A DNA stretch of 64,000 nucleotides from an uncultured delta proteobacterium (GTDB taxonomy: Bacteria; Myxococcota_A; Polyangia; Polyangiales; Polyangiaceae): assembly GCA_963716725.1 (NCBI GenBank), contig CAVQUB010000008.1, forward strand, positions 192,001-256,000, read 5' to 3'. Below are positions 50,230-58,295 of the stretch, piece after piece (the stretch's first letter is position 1; each line of letters opens with the position of its first letter). A program made the position numbers and the translations under genes. The notes under the pieces were generated by a model that saw only the letters and a program-made list of their open reading frames with translations, was not told the DNA's origin and did not search any database.

Positions 50230-50626
50230 CTCCTGGTTCGCGCGCCTATCCGTCGTCGCGCTGCTCTCGACCCCTGGTATCGCAATCGCTCAGGGCAACG
50301 TCTCCGGCGACGCGCGCTGAATGCGAGAGCTTCTGCACTGCGGCCCCCGCCAAGCCCAGCAATTGCGATTGGAACAAGAGCTGCGACGCGCCTGAAAAGA
50401 AGCAGGGGAGCCCGTGTCTGGGTCCGGGCGAGGTCGACGATGCGGGCGCGGACGCTGCCACCCTGCCCGGTAACCTGCCAGTCACCTGCGTGGACTGGTG
50501 CGACGCCTATGGCTTCTGCGCAGCCGCGGGCAAGACGCTGTGTCCGGGCACGTTCGCGAAGCAGGGCGCGTGGTACGACGTGTGCTCGTCGAACGGGCAG
50601 AATCCCTGCCCGTGTCTCGGGAACCA
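50216..50626 (+). pseudogene. Secreted Cys-rich protein, frameshifted near 50316 and apparently truncated
   Basis: Signal peptide MVNASS...AIA, then in another frame ECESFC...SC...PC...CVDWC...FC...LC...VC...PCPCLGNH, running into antisense phoB. Confidence 0.55.
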
Positions 50627-51160
50627 CAGCCCGCGGTTGTACGCGGTTGCGACGGTCGTAGAGCGTGAGGAGCAACCGGAGCTCGAGGGTGGTCAGCTCG
50701 ATCTCCTTGCCCGCGACCCAGGTTCGATGCGCGCCACGGTCGATCTTCAACCTTCCAAACTCGACCACGCCGTTGGTGTTGGGAGCGGTTCCCCCGGTGC
50801 GTCGCAGCACGGCGCGGATCCGCAGCAGCAGCTCACGCACGCTGAAGGGCTTCGTGACGTAGTCGTCGGCGCCCAGCTCGAAGCCGACCACCCGATCGAT
50901 CTCGTGGTCCCGCGCCGTCAGCATGACGACCGCGACGCCTCGGGTCTGCGGGTCCGACTTGATGGCGCGGCACACCTCCGTGCCTGGAGGTCCGGCAGCA
51001 TCAGGTCCAAGAGCACCAGATCCGGGTGACGGGAACGGACCAGCTCCAACCCCTCGTGCCCACCGGACGCCAAGCACACGTCGTGCCCCGCCTCTCTGAG
51101 GTTGTACTCGAGCACTTCTCGGGTGTCGGCCTCGTCGTCGACGACGACAATCGTGCCCAT
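50626..51160 (-). pseudogene. PhoB-like OmpR-family response regulator, frameshift near 50988 and truncated wHTH
   Basis: VVDDE, LLDLMLP, MLTAR..EIDRVVGFELGADDYVTKPFS; similarity ends at NRVQPRAV, so the VW...VDVH recognition helix is missing. Confidence 0.75.
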
Positions 51161-51185
51161 GCGGGCCTAGAGCTAGCGGCGCAGT

Positions 51186-51212
51186 GTGACTCGTTGGTGA
51201 CAACCGAGTGGC
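51186..51212 (-). promoter_or_regulatory. Pho-box-like direct repeats upstream of the phoB-like gene
   Basis: GCCAC-N6-GTCAC-N6-GTCAC on the minus strand (11-bp period). Confidence 0.6.
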
Positions 51213-51241
51213 AGGTTGCGAACAAGCGCGCTTCGCGGGGG

Positions 51242-51279
51242 TTCACCTCGTTTTTGCGCGGCTGCCACGAAAAAGTCAT
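51242..51279 (+). promoter_or_regulatory. Pho-box-like array upstream of tonB
   Basis: TTCAC-N6-TTTGC-N6-GCCAC-N6-GTCAT; contains CTGCCAC-GAAA-AAGTCAT. Confidence 0.6.
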
Positions 51280-51307
51280 CGAGCGGCGGCACGCTCCCGG
51301 CACTGCC

Positions 51308-52063
51308 ATGAAGCTCGATGCGTGGACCGAGAACGACGTCGCGGATACTGCCCGGCGCAAGCGCCTGACGCTGGGCTACGCGATCGGCGCCGTCACCGTT
51401 GGGGCCGCGCTCACGTTCATCACCTATTCGGCCCACGGCCAAGCCTTCACCCCCGAAGAGACGATCGACGTGAGCCTGGCCAAGGCTCCCGTGATGGAGA
51501 AGGCGCCCGAACCCGAGTCCACGCCGCCCCCCGAGCCCGCGCCCAAGCCCACTGCCAAGAAGCCGCACAAGAAGGGCAAGCTCTCGCTGGCGACGCCGAA
51601 GGACGTTCCCGACGGCGTTCCCGACGAGGCCGAGGCGGGATCGAACCCCTACGACGCCGACTACGACGGCGTCTTTGGCGGCGAGGGCGGCGGCGGCGAC
51701 GACTCCGCCAAGGCCAAAAAGCAGCACGTCCCGGCGAGGCCCAAGGCGCCGCCGACGCTCGCAGCACCGGTGTTCGTCGCGGAGCGCGACAAGACGCGGT
51801 CCCCGACGCCGCTCGCGCGCAGCTCGCCGCGCTATCCCGAGGAAGCACGAGCCGAGGGCGTCGAAGGCGTGGTGACCGTTCGCTTCGTCGTCGCGCCCAA
51901 CGGCTCCGTCGAACAGGTGCAGGTGGTGAGCGGACATCCGCTACTGAACGCCGCGGTGGTCGCCGCCGTGAAGACCTGGCGCTTTGAGCCGGCCACCTAC
52001 GACGACCGGCCGATCGCCATCTGGCAGACGGCGCGGTTTCCGTTTCGCCTGAGCAGCAGCTAG
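51308..52063 (+). CDS. tonB: TonB family energy transducer
   Basis: N-terminal TM, Pro-rich linker, YPEEARAEGVEG.V.VRF.V...G.V, WRFEPA. Confidence 0.9.
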   Translation: MKLDAWTENDVADTARRKRLTLGYAIGAVTVGAALTFITYSAHGQAFTPEETIDVSLAKAPVMEKAPEPESTPPPEPAPKPTAKKPHKKGKLSLATPKDVPDGVPDEAEAGSNPYDADYDGVFGGEGGGGDDSAKAKKQHVPARPKAPPTLAAPVFVAERDKTRSPTPLARSSPRYPEEARAEGVEGVVTVRFVVAPNGSVEQVQVVSGHPLLNAAVVAAVKTWRFEPATYDDRPIAIWQTARFPFRLSSS

Positions 52064-52096
52064 CCGGCTCGACCGAGCCCCACCGGAGAGGAAGTC

Positions 52097-52810
52097 ATGC
52101 AGTTCGATCTCGCACACATTTGGGCGAGCATGGGTGCGCTCGGCAAGACCGTTGCCGCCGTTCTTTTGATGATGGCGATCGCCAGCGCCGGCGTCACCGT
52201 CGAGCGCTTGATCGTGCTCGCCAAATCGAAGAGCGCCTCCCGTAAATTCGCGGCGGGCGCGGCGCCGCTCTTCGAGCGTTGGGATCTGCAGGGCTTGGTC
52301 GCGCTGGCCGAGACCCGCAAGGCGTCGGCTCTGGCCCGCCTGTTCGCGCCGATCCTGAACCGCTATTTGAGCTCGAAGGACGGCAACGTGGGCCGCGTGG
52401 AGCTGGCCCGGGCCGAATCCGAGCGCACCCTCGAGGCGCTGGGCGCGGAGCTTCGGCGCGGCCTCAGCGTGCTCGCGTCGGTCGGCTCGGTGGCGCCCTT
52501 CGTCGGCCTGCTGGGCACCGTCGTGGGCATCATCGGCGCGTTTCAGGGCATCGCCGCCAGTGGCGCCGGCGGGCTGGGGGCCGTGTCCGCTGGCATCTCC
52601 GAGGCGCTGATCGAGACCGCTTTCGGCCTGATGGTCGCGATCCCCGCGGTGCTTTGCTTCAACTGGCTCACCGGCAAGATCAACGCCGTCGAGCTCACCC
52701 TCACCCGTTCTGCTGGTGAGCTGCTCGACGAAATCGAGAACAACCATGGCCGCGAAGACCTCCCCGAAGCAGCGACAGCGGAAGAAGCGACCGCGAGCCG
52801 GGCAGCCTGA
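52097..52810 (+). CDS. exbB: ExbB/TolQ proton channel
   Basis: LASVGSVAPFVGLLGTV.GI, GISEALIETAFGL.VAIPA. Confidence 0.9.
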   Translation: MQFDLAHIWASMGALGKTVAAVLLMMAIASAGVTVERLIVLAKSKSASRKFAAGAAPLFERWDLQGLVALAETRKASALARLFAPILNRYLSSKDGNVGRVELARAESERTLEALGAELRRGLSVLASVGSVAPFVGLLGTVVGIIGAFQGIAASGAGGLGAVSAGISEALIETAFGLMVAIPAVLCFNWLTGKINAVELTLTRSAGELLDEIENNHGREDLPEAATAEEATASRAA

Positions 52811-53198
52811 GCCCGACATCAACGTCACGCCGCTGGTCGACGTCGTCCTGGTGCTGCTGATCATCTTCATGGTGGTCACCCCGGCGCTCGAGCAGGGCGA
52901 GACCATCGTGCTTCCGCAGGTCGCGAAGATCGACGCGCGGCCGAAGGACGTCGCGCCCATCAAGGTGGTGCTCTCGGCCGGCGGGGCCACGCTGCTGGAC
53001 GGAAAGCGCTACGAGTTGCCCGCGCTGCAGCAGCGGCTGCGCGACATGCACGAGCGGACGCCGGACCGGAATCTGCAGCTGAACACCGACTCGAAGGTGC
53101 CCTACGTGCGAGTGCGCACCATGCTGGCGACGCTTCAGACCATCGGCTTCAAGGGCGTGTCCCTCAGAGTGGACCCCAAGCTGCGGGAGGAGGGCTGA
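52746..53198 (+). CDS. exbD: ExbD/TolR family protein
   Basis: INVTPLVDVVLVLLIIFMV. Confidence 0.9.
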   Translation: MAAKTSPKQRQRKKRPRAGQPEPDINVTPLVDVVLVLLIIFMVVTPALEQGETIVLPQVAKIDARPKDVAPIKVVLSAGGATLLDGKRYELPALQQRLRDMHERTPDRNLQLNTDSKVPYVRVRTMLATLQTIGFKGVSLRVDPKLREEG

Positions 53199-53201
53199 GC
53201 C

Positions 53202-53645
53202 ATGGGCATGTCGTTGCCCTCCGGCGGAGGCCGGAACAAGAAGCCACGCCCGGTGCCGGTCATGAACGTGACGCCGCTGGTCGATGTCGCCCTGGTGGTG
53301 CTGATCATCTTCATGGTGATGGTGCCCATGCTGGAGAAGACGTTCTGGCTGAACCTGCCGCGGCAGGACAAGTCCAAGACCGACGAGCCGGATCAGGACC
53401 CCGACGACGGGCCGCTGGTGATGACCATCGACCGTAGCGGCGTGATCCGCATCAACAAGGCCATCCTTCGTCAAGAAGACATCCCCCAGCGCCTGCCGCG
53501 CATGCTCGCAGCGCAGCCGCTGCCCGTGCTGTACTTCGACGCCGCCGACAACGTGAGCTACGGGCGCGCGGTCGAGGTGATGGACACCGCGAAGCTCTCG
53601 GGCGCGAAGGCCATCGCCATGCTGACGGAGAAGGTCGCCGACTAG
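53202..53645 (+). CDS. exbD: ExbD/TolR family protein (second copy)
   Basis: MNVTPLVDVALVVLIIFMV; SYG.AVEVMD. Confidence 0.9.
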   Translation: MGMSLPSGGGRNKKPRPVPVMNVTPLVDVALVVLIIFMVMVPMLEKTFWLNLPRQDKSKTDEPDQDPDDGPLVMTIDRSGVIRINKAILRQEDIPQRLPRMLAAQPLPVLYFDAADNVSYGRAVEVMDTAKLSGAKAIAMLTEKVAD

Positions 53646-53689
53646 CGGGCGTGGGTCCCTCGCGCTTCCGATCTCGAGCGCCACCATTT

Positions 53690-53727
53690 TTCACGCGATC
53701 GTCACCCACTGCCCGCCACTTCGTCAC
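53690..53727 (+). promoter_or_regulatory. Pho-box-like array upstream of the TBDR
   Basis: TTCAC-GCGATC-GTCAC-N6-CCCGC-N6-GTCAC. Confidence 0.6.
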
Positions 53728-53738
53728 TGCTGCGCCGC

Positions 53739-56675
53739 ATGGTCCGCGCCGTGATCGCTGCCAAAGTGCGAAGCAGAGTTGGTGGTCTCGCGTTCGCTGC
53801 CGCGTTGTCTCTCGCGACTACGGCGTGGGCGCAAGACGACGCCGGCGCCGGTGAAGAGGACGCTGCGCCCCACGGAGAAGGCGAAGCCGCCCCACCCGCG
53901 GGTCGCCGCCCGCCCGCGGGCCAAGCCGCGTTGTACGGCGTCGTGCGGGACACCGAGACCGGGCATCCCGTCGCCGGCGCGGCAGTCGAGGCAGTGGGAA
54001 CTGGCCTCTCGACGCGGACGAACGCAAGCGGGAGCTATCACTTGCTGCTCCCGCCCGGCGTGTACGCGGTGCGCTACTGGGTGGGTGGCTATCAGAGCCT
54101 GCGGGCCACCCAAGTACGGGTGTTCGGCGGCATGGCGCGCAAGATCGACGTCAAGCTCAGGGCCGATCAGGGTGACGCATTCGTGCTCGTGGTGCGAGCC
54201 AAGCCCGACACGGCATCGATCGACGCGCTGGCATTGGAGCGCAAGAAATCGACCAGTGTCGGTGACGCCGTCGGCCGCGCGGAAATCTCCAAGACGCCGG
54301 ATCGCGATGCCGCGCAAGCCGCTCGACGCGTGGTGGGTGCCACGATCGAAGGCAACCGCTTCGTCTACGTGCGAGGGCTCGGTGAGCGTTACACCAACGC
54401 TCAGCTCAACGGCGCGCCGCTGCCGAGCCCAGAGCCGGATCGGGCCGCAGTGCCCCTCGATCTCTTCCCGACGCAGGTGCTCGAGAGTCTGACCATCGTC
54501 AAGACCTTCACGCCGGACGCGCCGGGTGACTTTGCCGGCGGTTCGGTGCGCATCCAGACACGGCGCGCCCCCGACGACTTCCTGTTCTCGTCGTCGCTCT
54601 CGCTGGGCTACAAGACGACGACCACCTTCAAGGAGCGCTTGGCGCATCGCGGTGGTTCATTGGACTGGCTGGGCGTGGACGACGGCACGCGCGCTCTGCC
54701 GGGCGGCGTGCCGGATGACCATTCGCTCACCCTCGGCGTCGAAAAGCCGAACGGCGACTACGTGCTCGACCCCGAGCTGAAGCGGCAGGGCGAAGAGCTG
54801 AATACCTTCATGTCGGCCACGCGCAGCACTGCGCTGCCGGACCACAGCGCGGGCATCGTCGCCGGCAACGCGTGGAAGGTGGGCAAGGACAGCCGCCTTG
54901 GCTTCCTCGCGTCGGTCAACTATCGGCGGGCGTACACCATTCGGAACGAAGAGCGCCGCGTGCTCGAGCCGGACCCAGCGTCGCCCACCGGTCTGAGGAC
55001 GTTGAACGACCTGGATGTCGAGCTGGGTTCCGAGGAGGTGAGCTGGGGCACCTTCGCCAGCTTGACGGGCGAGCTGGGCAAGCACCACCGGCTGAGCTTG
55101 GTCGCGTTTCATAGCCAACTGGCCGACAACGATACGCAGACCTTCGACGGCTTCTGGTCGCGCAACGACGCGAGGCTGCACACGACGCGCCTGCGCTTCG
55201 TCAGCCGCGCACTGAACGTGCTGCAGCTGCAGGGCGAGGCCGACTTCGACGAGCTCGCTGGAGGCAAACTGGACTGGAACCTGTCGTACTCGGTCGCCGC
55301 GCGCGACGAGCCCGACACGCGCGACGTCGTCTACCAGCTGAACCCGAATCTGGGCGCTTACACCTTTGTGGACGGATCTGAGAGCGGGCGGCACTTCTTC
55401 TCGTCGCAGAGCGAGAAAGCCTACGGCGTAGGCGCGGACTGGACGCAGCCGCTGCTGTCCGGCGACCGGGCGACGTGGCTGAAGTTTGGGGGCCTAGTCA
55501 GCGTCAAAGACCGTGAGTTTGACGCGCGGCGCTTCGCGTTTCGCCGCATACCCGGCAGCCCGCCGGACTCGTTCACCTGCGCTGGCACCACTTACGTCGA
55601 AACCTGTCCGGACTCGCTGTTCGTGCCCGACAACATCGGCACCGCGCTGCGGTTGCAGGAAAACACCCGGCCCGGGGACGCCTACACCGCTGGTCTGGAC
55701 GTGTACGCCGCCTACGTGATGGCCGACGCGAGCCTGGCCCGCGACTTGCGAATGATCGTGGGCGAGCGGATCGAGGTCACGCGGCAGAACATCCAGCCCT
55801 TCGACCAGTTCGATACCGGCGCGATCGTGCGCGGCGCCGACCTGAAGAGCACGGACCAGCTGCCAGCGGCGGTCCTGGTCTTCGACGCGACGTCGAAGAC
55901 CAAGCTGCGCTTTGCCCTCTCCCGTACCCTGGCGCGCCCGCAGCTGCGTGAGCTGGCCCCCTTCGCCTACAGCGACTTCTTCGGCGGCCGGCTCACCGCG
56001 GGCAATCCGGATCTCGAGATCACGCGCATCAGCAACGCCGACCTTCGCCTGGAGCACTTTCCCAAGCTCAGCGAGGTGCTGGCATTCAGTCTGTTCTACA
56101 AGCAATTCGAGAAGCCAATCGAGCCGGTGGTCTCGCCCTCGGGCGACTCGGGTCTCGTCACGTTCCAAAACGCCGAGGGCGCCAAGCTGCTCGGCGTCGA
56201 GCTCGAGGCGCGCTTCGGTCTCGATCACTTCTCGCGCTCGGCCAAAGGGTTCTCCGCCGTATGCAATCTCACGCTGGCGCATTCGCGCATCGCCGTGCGG
56301 CAAACGGACACGGACTTCTTGACGAACACCTCCCGGCCGATGGTGAACCAGGCGCCCTACGTCTTGAACCTGGCCTTCGACTACGAAAACGAGCCGCTCG
56401 GGCTGAACGCACGACTGCTCTACAACGTCAACGGAGCGCGTCTGGTCGAGGTGGGCGCCGAAGGGCTGGATGACGCCTACGAGCATCCACGCCACCGCTT
56501 GGACTTCGTCGCGGCGAAAGACCTCGACGAGCACTTTCAGATCAAGCTGTCGGCCACCAACTTGCTCGACCCGGAGCGCGTGGTGACGATCGGGAGAGAG
56601 CTGCGCGACGATCGCGTGACGTTGCGCTACCGCGATGGCAGGAGCTTCTCCTTCGGGGCGAGCTGGAAGTACTGA
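53739..56675 (+). CDS. TonB-dependent receptor with N-terminal carboxypeptidase-regulatory-like domain
   Basis: GVVRD.ETG.PVAGA.V; plug VRGLGERY...PLDLFP...KTFTPD.PGDFAGG; barrel GNPDL, NLLD, terminal aromatic residue. Confidence 0.93.
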   Translation: MVRAVIAAKVRSRVGGLAFAAALSLATTAWAQDDAGAGEEDAAPHGEGEAAPPAGRRPPAGQAALYGVVRDTETGHPVAGAAVEAVGTGLSTRTNASGSYHLLLPPGVYAVRYWVGGYQSLRATQVRVFGGMARKIDVKLRADQGDAFVLVVRAKPDTASIDALALERKKSTSVGDAVGRAEISKTPDRDAAQAARRVVGATIEGNRFVYVRGLGERYTNAQLNGAPLPSPEPDRAAVPLDLFPTQVLESLTIVKTFTPDAPGDFAGGSVRIQTRRAPDDFLFSSSLSLGYKTTTTFKERLAHRGGSLDWLGVDDGTRALPGGVPDDHSLTLGVEKPNGDYVLDPELKRQGEELNTFMSATRSTALPDHSAGIVAGNAWKVGKDSRLGFLASVNYRRAYTIRNEERRVLEPDPASPTGLRTLNDLDVELGSEEVSWGTFASLTGELGKHHRLSLVAFHSQLADNDTQTFDGFWSRNDARLHTTRLRFVSRALNVLQLQGEADFDELAGGKLDWNLSYSVAARDEPDTRDVVYQLNPNLGAYTFVDGSESGRHFFSSQSEKAYGVGADWTQPLLSGDRATWLKFGGLVSVKDREFDARRFAFRRIPGSPPDSFTCAGTTYVETCPDSLFVPDNIGTALRLQENTRPGDAYTAGLDVYAAYVMADASLARDLRMIVGERIEVTRQNIQPFDQFDTGAIVRGADLKSTDQLPAAVLVFDATSKTKLRFALSRTLARPQLRELAPFAYSDFFGGRLTAGNPDLEITRISNADLRLEHFPKLSEVLAFSLFYKQFEKPIEPVVSPSGDSGLVTFQNAEGAKLLGVELEARFGLDHFSRSAKGFSAVCNLTLAHSRIAVRQTDTDFLTNTSRPMVNQAPYVLNLAFDYENEPLGLNARLLYNVNGARLVEVGAEGLDDAYEHPRHRLDFVAAKDLDEHFQIKLSATNLLDPERVVTIGRELRDDRVTLRYRDGRSFSFGASWKY

Positions 56676-56683
56676 GGGCGTCG

Positions 56684-56721
56684 TTCACGCAATCGTTACC
56701 TCGCCCCCACCGTGTGGTCAC
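56684..56721 (+). promoter_or_regulatory. Pho-box-like array upstream of the lipoprotein gene
   Basis: TTCAC-GCAATC-GTTAC-N6-CCCAC-N6-GTCAC. Confidence 0.62.
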
Positions 56722-56756
56722 GCCGCTGCGCGATATTCCTCCCCCAAGAGGCAATC

Positions 56757-58229
56757 ATGATCAAACTTCGCAATCTCTGTTTCATCTCGGCAATGACCCT
56801 TCCGATGGCGATCGCCTGCGGCGGCGACGACGACGCGGACAAGCCCGGTGGCAGCGGCGGTACGGGCGCCACGGGCGGTTCGGGCACGGGCGCCACCGGC
56901 GGCGCGGGCGGCACCGGCGGCGCGGGCGGCACCGGCAACGCGGGCGGCACCGGCAACGCGGGCGGCACCGGCGCGACGGCAGGCGCGGGTGGCAGCGGTG
57001 GTGGCACGCCGACCTGCGATCTGTCGGGCACGGGCAAGACCAAGGCGGTCATTCCCAAGCAGATCACCGGCACGCTCACGCTGACCAAGGACAAGGTGTG
57101 GACGCTGGAGGACACCAGCTACGTGAACGACGGCGCGACGTTGGTGATCGAGCCCTGCACCCGCATCGAGGGCAAGAAGGCGCCGCTGGGCACGCTGGTC
57201 GTCTCACGCGGCGGCAAGCTCATGGCCGACGGCAAGCAAGACGAGCCGATCCTGTTCACCAGCCCGCTGCCCCCAGGCGCCCGCAACCCCGGCGACTGGG
57301 GCGGCATCATCTTGCTGGGCAAGGCGCAGAACTTCAAGGGCGCCAACGTGACGATCGAAGGCTTGGCGGACGCGCCCGAGAACCAGTATGGGGGCACTGA
57401 CGACGCCGACTCGAGCGGCGTGATGCGCCACGTGCGCATCGAGTACTCGGGCTTCGAGCTCAGCGCCGACAACGAGATCAACGGTCTCACCCTCGGCAGC
57501 GTGGGTAGCGGCACCGTGATCGAACACGTCATGGTGAGCAACACGCTGGACGACGGCTTCGAGTGGTTTGGCGGCACCGTGAATGGCAAGTGGCTGGTGG
57601 TGAACAACGCCGGTGACGACATGTTCGACATGGATCAGGGCTATCGCGGCAACCTGCAATACCTGTTCGGTCGGCAGGTGAACAACCTGTCGTCGAATCC
57701 CAACGGCTTCGAGTGCGACAGCGACCTGGGCGGCAAGATGCCGGTAACCAAGCCGAACATCTCGAACGTGACCTTGTGCGGCGCCGGCACTGCCGGCGTG
57801 AACGTCGCCTTCGGAGGTGTGTTCCGTGAAAACCTGGAGGGTAATTTCATGAACATGATCATCACCAAGTTCGACGTGGGTGTGGACGCGCGTGACGGCT
57901 TCGGAACGCCGGCGAGCCCGAAGGTGAAGCTCACGAACAGCGTCTTCTTCGGCAACTTCGCCCACAACATCTCCAACCCTGGGGAAAAGGACAACGATAG
58001 CGGCTTCGACGAGGCGGCATGGATCAAGGACGCCGCCGCGAAGAACTCCGAGACCGCCCCCGCGCTGGGTGACTGCGCAGCCGCCACCCCCATGCCCTAC
58101 CCGGCGACCACGATCGCCGGCGGCGCCCCGGGCAGCGGCCTGGACGCTGCGGGCAGCTACGTCGGTGCCTTCAAGGACGGCAGCGACGCCTGGATGACCG
58201 GTCTCTGGATCGATTGGTCGCCGAACTGA
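56757..58229 (+). CDS. Beta-helix-like lipoprotein partnered with the TBDR
   Basis: MAIAC lipobox, GGT/GGA linker; GDWGGIILLG, SSGVMRHVRIEYSG, EINGLTLGSVGSGT, DDGFEWFGG, DDMFDMDQGY, YVGAF...W..W. Confidence 0.8.
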   Translation: MIKLRNLCFISAMTLPMAIACGGDDDADKPGGSGGTGATGGSGTGATGGAGGTGGAGGTGNAGGTGNAGGTGATAGAGGSGGGTPTCDLSGTGKTKAVIPKQITGTLTLTKDKVWTLEDTSYVNDGATLVIEPCTRIEGKKAPLGTLVVSRGGKLMADGKQDEPILFTSPLPPGARNPGDWGGIILLGKAQNFKGANVTIEGLADAPENQYGGTDDADSSGVMRHVRIEYSGFELSADNEINGLTLGSVGSGTVIEHVMVSNTLDDGFEWFGGTVNGKWLVVNNAGDDMFDMDQGYRGNLQYLFGRQVNNLSSNPNGFECDSDLGGKMPVTKPNISNVTLCGAGTAGVNVAFGGVFRENLEGNFMNMIITKFDVGVDARDGFGTPASPKVKLTNSVFFGNFAHNISNPGEKDNDSGFDEAAWIKDAAAKNSETAPALGDCAAATPMPYPATTIAGGAPGSGLDAAGSYVGAFKDGSDAWMTGLWIDWSPN

Positions 58230-58295
58230 GCTCGGCGCACCGAGACAGACCATCAAGCGCCCTGCCAGCGGGGGGGAGGCCGAGCTCGCGCGCTG

